DNA of 64,000 nt from Actinomycetes bacterium (lineage in GTDB: Bacteria > Actinomycetota > Thermoleophilia > Gaiellales > Gaiellaceae). The number at the start of each line of letters is the position of its first letter. Position 1 is the stretch's first letter. Shown piece by piece: positions 57,195-64,000 of the stretch. Both the position numbers and the translations under genes were made by a program. The stretch covers positions 2,893-66,892 of the forward strand of contig JANYJX010000014.1 in the NCBI GenBank assembly GCA_025358355.1, written 5' to 3'. The notes beneath the pieces were generated by a model. It was given only the letters and a program-made list of their open reading frames with translations, had not been told where the DNA came from and did no database searches.

Positions 57195-58046
57195 ATGGCC
57201 GAACCGCAGCTGATCGACCTTCGCCACCTCGGTCACGAGCGCGTCATCGCGGCCTACCTGCTGGACACGTCAGACGGGCCGGCGCTCTTCGACTGCGGGC
57301 CGGCAACGACGGTCGAAACGCTGCGCGCCGCCCTCGCCGAGCACGGCCTGGCGATCGGCGACCTCCGTCATCTGCTCCTCTCACACATCCACTTCGACCA
57401 CGCGGGAGCCGCGGGTGTCCTCGTCCGCGAGAACGCGCGGCTGACCGTGCACGTCTCCGCATTCGGCGCACCACACCTCGTCGACCCGTCGCGCCTCGAA
57501 CGCAGCGCGCGACGGCTCTACGCAGACACCTTCGACACGCTCTGGGGGGAGCTCGTGCCGATCCCCGACGAGAACATCCGCTTCGTCGGCGACCGCGTGC
57601 TCGACTTCGACTGCTTCCCGAGCCCCGGCCACGCAACGCATCACGTTTGCTACCTCCGCGACGGAGTCCTGCTGGCCGGTGACGCCGCCGGCGTCCGCAT
57701 CGATCCGGCCGAGAGAGTCATCCCGCCGACTCCACCGCCCGACATCGACATCGAGGAGTGGGACGCAACCCTCGACGAGCTGGAGCGCCGCCAGCCCAAT
57801 CGCCTCGCGTTGATCCACTTCGGGTTGTTCGACGATGTCGCGCGACATCTCGCCGAGCTGCGCGAACGACTCCACCACGACTCCGAGCTAGTCGGCGCCG
57901 GCGCGACCGAGGACGAGTTCGTCGCCGCTTCGCGAGCCCACCTCGGCGCCGACACCGGCCGCTTCGAGCACGCCGTTCCCGCGTGGCAGTGCTATCAGGG
58001 CCTCGCCCGCTACTGGGAAAGACGCCGCGCCGCGCCCGCGGAGTAA
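57195..58046 (+). CDS. MBL-fold metallo-hydrolase
   Basis: SHIHFDHAG, PGHATHH, AGDA and IHFG motifs. Confidence 0.92.
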   Translation: MAEPQLIDLRHLGHERVIAAYLLDTSDGPALFDCGPATTVETLRAALAEHGLAIGDLRHLLLSHIHFDHAGAAGVLVRENARLTVHVSAFGAPHLVDPSRLERSARRLYADTFDTLWGELVPIPDENIRFVGDRVLDFDCFPSPGHATHHVCYLRDGVLLAGDAAGVRIDPAERVIPPTPPPDIDIEEWDATLDELERRQPNRLALIHFGLFDDVARHLAELRERLHHDSELVGAGATEDEFVAASRAHLGADTGRFEHAVPAWQCYQGLARYWERRRAAPAE

Positions 58047-58055
58047 TCTCTGGCG

Positions 58056-58472
58056 ATGCCGCTGATGCCGCTTCCACGCGAGTGGGACACCTTCCTCTCG
58101 CGCGCGAACCCGGCGGTGATCGCCACGATTCGCAAGGACGGCTCACCGCATTCGGTCGCCACTTGGTACGACTGGCACAAGGGCCGGATCATGCTGAACA
58201 TGGATCCGAAACGTGTCCGGCTGGAGCACATCCGCCGCGACCCGCGCGTCGCACTCACCGTTTTCGACAAGCAGGAGTGGGAGATTCACCTGTCGCTGCT
58301 CGGCCGGATCGTCGAGATCACAGACGATTACACCCTCGAGGACATCGACCGACTCGCGATTCGCTACACGCGGATGCCGTTCGGGAACCGCGACCACGGC
58401 CGGATCACGGCGTGGATGGAGCCCGAGCGCTGGCACGGCTGGGGCCAGGACGGCAACCTGGTCCCGCGCTAG
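58056..58472 (+). CDS. PPOX class F420-dependent oxidoreductase
   Basis: IATIRKDGSPH, WY and HIRRDPRVALTV motifs. Confidence 0.85.
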   Translation: MPLMPLPREWDTFLSRANPAVIATIRKDGSPHSVATWYDWHKGRIMLNMDPKRVRLEHIRRDPRVALTVFDKQEWEIHLSLLGRIVEITDDYTLEDIDRLAIRYTRMPFGNRDHGRITAWMEPERWHGWGQDGNLVPR

Positions 58473-58516
58473 AGCACCTGACACGATGACCCGCTGGATC
58501 ATTGTGCTGGGTGCTC

Positions 58517-59815
58517 CTAGAAGCCGGTCACGAGCCACCGCCGGCGGTTGAAGCGGGCCCCGAGCGTCGCGAGTCGCACCACGATCAGCAGCACGAGCGC
58601 CGGCCACACGCCGCGCACGCCCCAACCCTCGCGCAGCGACACGAGCAGCACCGTCCCGCAGCACGCGAAGGCCGCCGCCATCGAGCCGGCGAGGAACCGC
58701 CCGTCGCTCGCACCGATCAGGATCCCGTCGAGGGCGAAGACCGCACCATTCAGCGGTTGCATCAATGCGAACAGCGGCCAGAGGAGCGCGCACTGGGCGA
58801 GAACCGCGCGGTCGCCCGTGAAGATCTGCGGCAAGACATCGCGTAGAGCGAACAGCACGACGGTGAACGCGGCGCCCACCGCGACGGACAGCCAGATCAT
58901 CCGAGCGCTCGCCGCGTAGGCGGCATCGGCCCGGCCGGCGCCAAGCTCGCGCCCAACAATGATCTGCCCGGCGATCGCGATCGCATCGAGCACCAGCGCG
59001 AGGAAAATCCACAGCTGGAACGCGACCTGGTGCGCGGCAAGCGGCGCGTCTCCGAGACGCGCAACCACCGCGCCCGCCAAGATGAACGAACTCATCAGCG
59101 CGACGGTGCGGGCGAAGATGAACTTCCCGATCGAGAGCAGCCGGCGAGCGACATCCCAACGGAACGCAAGCCGCTCGCGACCCACCCGCCGCAGGATCAC
59201 CCACGCGATCCCAACGCCCATTGCCGTCTGCGCGATCGCCGTCCCCCACGCCGAGCCGCGGATGTTCCAGTCGAAGCCGTAGACGAAGACGACCTCGAGC
59301 ACGAGGTTCGCGATGTTCCCCGCCACGAGGAAGATCAGAGGCGTGCGCAAGTCGGAGACGCCGCGAAGGAACCCTTGGCCGCCGAGCGCGAGGAACGCGG
59401 AAGGAACGCCGACCGCGACGATCCTCACGTAGGTCGTGGCGTAGCCAGCGGTCGCGCCGTGCGCCCCAATCAGGTGGACGATCGGCGAGGCGAACGCCGC
59501 GATCACGGCCGCTAGAACGATTCCGAACCCGAGCGAGAGCCACAAGGTCTGCCCACCGAGTCGCGCGGCTGCCTTTTCGTCTCCTGCTCCCACCGCCCGC
59601 GCGGCTTGGGCAGTCGCCCCGTACTGGAGGAAGTTGAACATCGCGAGCGCCGAGAAGACGGTCGCAGCCACCCCGAGCGCCGCGAGTTGCGCGCGACCGA
59701 GATGCCCGACCACAGCGGTGTCGACAAGGACGTAGAGCGGTTCAGCCGCAAGTGCCCCGAGAGCGGGCAGAGCGAGCCGGAGGATCTCGCGGTCGTACGC
59801 CGACCGCACTTTCAC
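58517..59815 (-). CDS. MATE family efflux transporter (DinF-like)
   Basis: ALAAEPLYVLVDTAVVGHLG, AAHQV and DGILIGA motifs. Confidence 0.92.
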   Translation of the reverse strand: MKVRSAYDREILRLALPALGALAAEPLYVLVDTAVVGHLGRAQLAALGVAATVFSALAMFNFLQYGATAQAARAVGAGDEKAAARLGGQTLWLSLGFGIVLAAVIAAFASPIVHLIGAHGATAGYATTYVRIVAVGVPSAFLALGGQGFLRGVSDLRTPLIFLVAGNIANLVLEVVFVYGFDWNIRGSAWGTAIAQTAMGVGIAWVILRRVGRERLAFRWDVARRLLSIGKFIFARTVALMSSFILAGAVVARLGDAPLAAHQVAFQLWIFLALVLDAIAIAGQIIVGRELGAGRADAAYAASARMIWLSVAVGAAFTVVLFALRDVLPQIFTGDRAVLAQCALLWPLFALMQPLNGAVFALDGILIGASDGRFLAGSMAAAFACCGTVLLVSLREGWGVRGVWPALVLLIVVRLATLGARFNRRRWLVTGF

Positions 59816-60543
59816 TCTTCGCGACGGACGACCCGCGCGCCGGACGACTGACGCAGCGTCTTGATCACGAGCTCGTCGACGTTCACGTGCGCCGGCCGGG
59901 TCAGCGCGAACATCACGCAGTCGGCGACCTCGTCGGGCGTGATCGGGTCGATCCCGGCGTAGACGGAGTCAGCCGTCTCGACATCGCCTTTGAAGCGAAC
60001 GATCGAGAACTCGGTCTCGACAAGGCCTGCGTCGACGGTCGTGATCCGAATCGGTCGACCGAGGAGATCCTCGCGCAGCGCGTAGACGAACCCGCGCACG
60101 GCGAACTTCGAGGCGACGTACGACGCGCCGTTCGGGTAGGCCTGCCGCCCGGCGATCGAGCCCATGAAGACGATGTGGCCCTCGTCGCGGATGTGCGGCA
60201 GGCACAGACGCGTCATCCGCATCACGCCGTCGACATTCGTGTGCAGAACGCGTGCCTCGTCCTCCTCGTTCGACTCCCAAAACGGGTAGCGGCCAAGCGC
60301 GAGGCCGGCGTTGTTGAACAGGATGTCGATCCCACCGAGCTGGGCAACTGCTTCGTTGACAAACGCGGCACAACTCTCCGGCTCGGTCACATCGAGCACG
60401 AGCGCGATGTCGGCCTCAACCCGCTCGACGCGCCGCGCACCGCCGACAACGCACACGCGAGCCTCGCGCAGTTGGCGCACGGTCGCAGCGCCTATCCCGC
60501 TCGATGCGCCGGTCACAACGGCGGTCTTCCCTTCGAGTTTCAT
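59812..60543 (-). CDS. SDR family oxidoreductase (YdfG-like)
   Basis: TGASSGIG, NNAG, GSIAG and YVASK motifs. Confidence 0.92.
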   Translation of the reverse strand: MKLEGKTAVVTGASSGIGAATVRQLREARVCVVGGARRVERVEADIALVLDVTEPESCAAFVNEAVAQLGGIDILFNNAGLALGRYPFWESNEEDEARVLHTNVDGVMRMTRLCLPHIRDEGHIVFMGSIAGRQAYPNGASYVASKFAVRGFVYALREDLLGRPIRITTVDAGLVETEFSIVRFKGDVETADSVYAGIDPITPDEVADCVMFALTRPAHVNVDELVIKTLRQSSGARVVRREE

Positions 60544-60622
60544 CGGGGCAGCCTAACGTGCCCGCCACGTATCCCCCGTTGGAGGGACGCCTTCCGCCTG
60601 CGCCCGGCCGAAGATCGGAACG

Positions 60623-61297
60623 ATGATGGACGCGAGCCTCGATACCGTCACTCCCGGCACGGGCGACTCCGGGCAGCGGGACGAGCCGCTCGCGCGGATA
60701 GCCGACGCGGTTCGGGAGACGGTTCCGGGGCCTGCCGGCGACGAGCTTGTCGCCCAGATTGCCTCAATCGTCTCGGGACTCGTCCCGCACGGTCTCGAGC
60801 AGATCGCCATCGAGAACGCCCAGCTGCAGCACGAGCTCGAGATGCTCCAGAGTGTCGACGGGCTCACCGGGCTGCGCAATCGCCAGCGTTTCTTCGAAGA
60901 CTTGCGGCGCGAGTTCGCGGCTGCACGACGGTACGACTCGCCTGTCTCGTTGATCCTGCTCGACGTCCACGGCTTGCGGTCGGTGAACGAGACGCGCGGC
61001 TTCGACGCTGGCGACCGGCTGCTCCTCGCGCTTGCCGAGTTGCTGATGACGCGACTGCGCGTAACCGACATCGCGGCGCGAATCGGCGACGACGACTTCG
61101 CAGTGATCCTTCCCCGAACACCGCAGGAAGGCGCCGAGCGGCTCGCCGAGCGGATCGCCGAAGCTCTAGGAGACTGGGTGGCGATCGGCATCGGGTCGGC
61201 CGTGCCCAGCGTCGGCTCAGGCGCAGAGTTGCTCGAGTTGGCCGACCGCGATCTGGCCACGCACAAGCTCAGCCGCACGCAGCCTCCCGCCGCCTAG
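60623..61297 (+). CDS. GGDEF-domain protein with degenerate active site (GDDDF)
   Basis: DGLTGLRN, LILLDV, GDRLL and RVTDIAARIGDDDF motifs. Confidence 0.88.
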   Translation: MMDASLDTVTPGTGDSGQRDEPLARIADAVRETVPGPAGDELVAQIASIVSGLVPHGLEQIAIENAQLQHELEMLQSVDGLTGLRNRQRFFEDLRREFAAARRYDSPVSLILLDVHGLRSVNETRGFDAGDRLLLALAELLMTRLRVTDIAARIGDDDFAVILPRTPQEGAERLAERIAEALGDWVAIGIGSAVPSVGSGAELLELADRDLATHKLSRTQPPAA

Positions 61298-61332
61298 CCG
61301 TCTCTCGACAGCCGAGGTGGCATCATGGTTCG

Positions 61333-61992
61333 GTGTCCGAACCTGTCCAGCTGATGCGAACACTGGCCCTAGCGGGCGATCACGGCGACCGCGCCAAGCT
61401 GGAACGACGCGCCCGCGTGCTCGCGTGGGTTGGCATCGGCTGGCATGTCGTCGAGTTTGCGATCGCTATCGGCGCGGGAATCGCTGCCGGCTCGATCGCG
61501 CTCATCGGGTTCGGAGCCGACAGTCTGATCGAAGCGCTCGCCGGCCTCGTCGTGCTGTGGCTGTTCACAGGAAAGCGGGTCGGCTCGCACGCCGCCGAGC
61601 GCCGAGCGCAGCAGCTGATCGCCGCGACGTTCTTCGCGCTGGCGGCCTACGTCGGGATCGAAGCTGTTCGCACGCTTGCCGGTGGCGATCATCCGCGAAC
61701 AAGCTGGGCCGGCATCGGGCTGGCCATGTTCACCGCCCCGACGATGCCGCTGCTCGCGCGCGCGAAGCGGCAGATCGGCGCCAAGCTCAGCTCGGCCGCG
61801 GCGGTCAAGGAGGCATCGCAAACCCAGCTGTGCGCCTACCTCTCTATTGCGCTGCTCATCGGCCTGGGCGCGAACGCGATCGCCGGCTGGTGGTGGGCCG
61901 ATCCGCTGACCGCGCTCGCAATCGCGGGCGTGGCCGTGCGGGAGGGCCGCCAAAGCTGGCGCGGCGAGGGTTGCGCCAATGGCTGCTGCTAA
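61333..61992 (+). CDS. Short cation-efflux (CDF-like) membrane protein
   Basis: SIALIGFGADSLIE and WWWADP motifs; C-terminal CANGCC; start GTG 61333 inferred. Confidence 0.8.
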   Translation: MSEPVQLMRTLALAGDHGDRAKLERRARVLAWVGIGWHVVEFAIAIGAGIAAGSIALIGFGADSLIEALAGLVVLWLFTGKRVGSHAAERRAQQLIAATFFALAAYVGIEAVRTLAGGDHPRTSWAGIGLAMFTAPTMPLLARAKRQIGAKLSSAAAVKEASQTQLCAYLSIALLIGLGANAIAGWWWADPLTALAIAGVAVREGRQSWRGEGCANGCC

Positions 61993-62941
61993 CCACGAAG
62001 GGCACTCGCACGCGGGACACACGCACGCGACGGTCACCGCCGACACCGACACACGACGGCTTGTGGCCGCGCTCGGGCTCATCCTCGCGTTCATGGTCGG
62101 CGAGGTCATCGTCGGCATCGTCGTCCACTCGCTCGCGCTGCTCTCGGACGCGGCGCACATGCTCACCGACGCGGGCGCGCTTGGACTTTCCCTGGTCGTG
62201 ATCCGGCTCGTCGCGCGCCCCGCGCGCGGCGACCTGACCTTCGGCCTCAAGCGCGCCGAGATCCTTTCGGCGCAGGCGAGCGGGTTCACCATGCTCGTCC
62301 TCGCGGGCTTGATCGGCTACGAAGGAGTCAGCCGGCTGATCTCGCCGCCGCAGCCACAAGGGCTGCCGATCCTGGTCGTCGCACTCGTCGGGGTCGCCGT
62401 CAACCTCGCCGCAACGTGGCAGCTCTCGAAGGCGAACCGCGAGTCAATGAATGTCGAGGGCTCGTTCCAGCACATCCTCACCGACCTGATCGCGTTCGTC
62501 GCCACCGCGATCGCCGGCGCGGTGATCCTCGCAACCGGCTGGGTACGGGCCGACGCGATCGCCGCGCTCTTCGTCGCGGCGATCATGCTGCGCTCGGCCT
62601 ACGGCCTGCTCCGCGCCAGCGGTCGCGTGCTCCTCGAAGCGGCGCCCGACGGCTTGAGCGTCGCTGAGATCGGCCAGGCACTCGCCACGCACGCCCATGT
62701 CGCAAGCGTCCACGACCTCCACGTCTGGGAGGTGAGCAGTGGCTTTCCGTCGCTCTCAGCGCATGTGCTCGTTCATCCCGGAGACGACTGCCACGCGATC
62801 CGCCGCGAGCTCGAAGCCATCCTCCGCGACCGATTCGGGATCACGCACACGACGCTGCAGGTCGACCACTCAGAGGACGACAAGCTCCTGACGATCGCTA
62901 CTCAGACTCAGGCAGCGCTAGCTCCACTCGGTCGATCATGA
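61979..62941 (+). CDS. Cation diffusion facilitator (CzcD/ZitB-like)
   Basis: His-rich N-terminus; LLSDAAHMLTD, HILTD, HDLHVW and HTTLQVD motifs. Confidence 0.93.
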   Translation: MAAANHEGHSHAGHTHATVTADTDTRRLVAALGLILAFMVGEVIVGIVVHSLALLSDAAHMLTDAGALGLSLVVIRLVARPARGDLTFGLKRAEILSAQASGFTMLVLAGLIGYEGVSRLISPPQPQGLPILVVALVGVAVNLAATWQLSKANRESMNVEGSFQHILTDLIAFVATAIAGAVILATGWVRADAIAALFVAAIMLRSAYGLLRASGRVLLEAAPDGLSVAEIGQALATHAHVASVHDLHVWEVSSGFPSLSAHVLVHPGDDCHAIRRELEAILRDRFGITHTTLQVDHSEDDKLLTIATQTQAALAPLGRS

Positions 62942-63368
62942 TCGGCGTCACCGGGCGGTCGCGGCCGTCGCGTTCTGCGCGCGAGATCCGCTCAACGATG
63001 TCCTGACCCTCGGTCACCTGGCCGAAGACCGTGTGCTTGCCGTCAAGCCACGAGCACGCCTCTGCGGTGACGATGAAGAACTGGCTGCCGTTCGTGTTCG
63101 GGCCGGCGTTCGCCATTGCGAGCGCGCCACGCACCATCGGGTGCCCGCTCTGCTCGTCCTCGAACTGATAGCCAGGGCCGCCGGTGCCGTCGCCGCTGGG
63201 GCAGCCGGCCTGAGCCATGAAGTCGGGAATCACGCGGTGGAAGATGAGGCCATCGTAGAAACCGGCGCCTACGAGAGTGGTGAAGTTCTCGACCGTCTTC
63301 GGCGCGTCGGCCGGAAAGAGCTCGATTTGGACGGGACCCTCGCTGGTGTGAATCGTGGCTGATGTCAT
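62898..63368 (-). CDS. Cyclophilin-type peptidyl-prolyl isomerase
   Basis: FYDGLIFHRVIPDFMAQ, MANAGPNTNGSQFF and LDGKHTVFG motifs. Confidence 0.95.
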   Translation of the reverse strand: MTSATIHTSEGPVQIELFPADAPKTVENFTTLVGAGFYDGLIFHRVIPDFMAQAGCPSGDGTGGPGYQFEDEQSGHPMVRGALAMANAGPNTNGSQFFIVTAEACSWLDGKHTVFGQVTEGQDIVERISRAERDGRDRPVTPIMIDRVELALPESE

Positions 63369-63468
63369 GTCGTGACCGTAGCAACCGTGCCGAACGCGCC
63401 CGCCAGGGGTACCCGACTCCCTCGATCGAGGGATGCCACTAGCTCTCCTGGAACCGACGCAAGAGGGG

Positions 63469-64000
63469 ATGTTTCGCACGGCTCGCATCTCCTCTCTCGC
63501 TGCGCTCGTGCTGGTCCTTGCGACCGCAGCCGGGCTTGCCGGCCCCGCGCGGGCGCTCACCGGGCCACAACACGTTGCGATCACCGTTGTTCGCCCGAGC
63601 TCTGGGTCCGCGGTGATCGGTTGGACAGTCGATATGCCGGGCAAGGTCGTCGTCCAGTACGGCGTCGACAGCCGCTTCGGCGTGTGGTCGGCGACAACCG
63701 CAGTCTCGAATGCGGGCGCCGGCACCACGACGTTGACGGGACTCGAGCCTGGCTACACGTACCAGTTCCGCGTCGTCTCGGATGCGGGCCAGGGCTTCGC
63801 GACCGCCGACGGCTCGTTCTACACGGGCTCGCTCCCCGCGAATCCGCAGGCATCGATCACGCCGCCTTCCACCTCGACGGCGAGCACGAGCCAGTTCTTC
63901 GCCTCGCCGACCGCGCACAGCACCTCCAGTGTCCCGACCGGCCCGACCGCGCTGTACATCAACGGCACCGGCTTCTTCCCGCGCATGGTCTGGCGCCAGT
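63469..64000 (+). CDS. Secreted fibronectin type III domain protein (partial)
   Basis: Own translation MFRTARISSLAALVLVLATAAG...LTGLEPGYTYQFRVVS; open to the window end; not in the ORF track. Confidence 0.75.
   Translation, partial: MFRTARISSLAALVLVLATAAGLAGPARALTGPQHVAITVVRPSSGSAVIGWTVDMPGKVVVQYGVDSRFGVWSATTAVSNAGAGTTTLTGLEPGYTYQFRVVSDAGQGFATADGSFYTGSLPANPQASITPPSTSTASTSQFFASPTAHSTSSVPTGPTALYINGTGFFPRMVWRQ

Noticed and set aside
59752-61992. 746-aa ORF as a single fusion protein
   Set aside because: Its first ~525 codons are an antisense/alternate-frame shadow of the SDR and GGDEF genes; only the part from 61333 looks like a real protein
1-64000. CRISPR array, rRNA, complete tRNA, prophage or integrase
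   Set aside because: No regularly spaced repeats, rRNA-like stretch, full cloverleaf, phage structural gene or recombinase was seen

Overview
A GC-rich bacterial chromosomal segment. Gene content and pervasive leaderless TANNNT promoters suggest an actinobacterium, plausibly Thermoleophilia/Gaiellales-like; this taxonomy is an inference. Housekeeping and metabolic genes include a xanthine-dehydrogenase-family L-M-S trio, GlnII, betA, a PotABCD-like ABC transporter, holB, tmk, class II RNR nrdJ, bioB, a cystathionine synthase/lyase, a P1B ATPase, CDF transporters, a cyclophilin and five aldo-keto reductases. Three accessory spots stand out. (1) 25.9-29.6 kb is an integrase-less defence-like islet with a HEPN protein plus an overlapping partner, an SRA-like/HNH nuclease and a HicAB-like pair. 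(2) 39.86-40.95 kb is a 163-bp MITE abutting a dead IS5-family element, both inserted in the TA of a stop codon. (3) 40.95-44.4 kb carries a twin-motif RsiG-like putative c-di-GMP-binding protein and a GAF-PAS-PAS-LuxR regulator, divergent from a three-gene operon: a secreted protein, a SipW-type signal peptidase and a secreted RTX-repeat protein. Both secreted proteins share a mature N-terminal 'NTVP' motif. Locus 3 is the best candidate for an undescribed system, a SipW-processed extracellular fibre possibly under c-di-GMP control. Several genes are decayed or truncated. No CRISPR array, rRNA or complete tRNA was seen. All family assignments come from motif recognition by eye, not from database searches.
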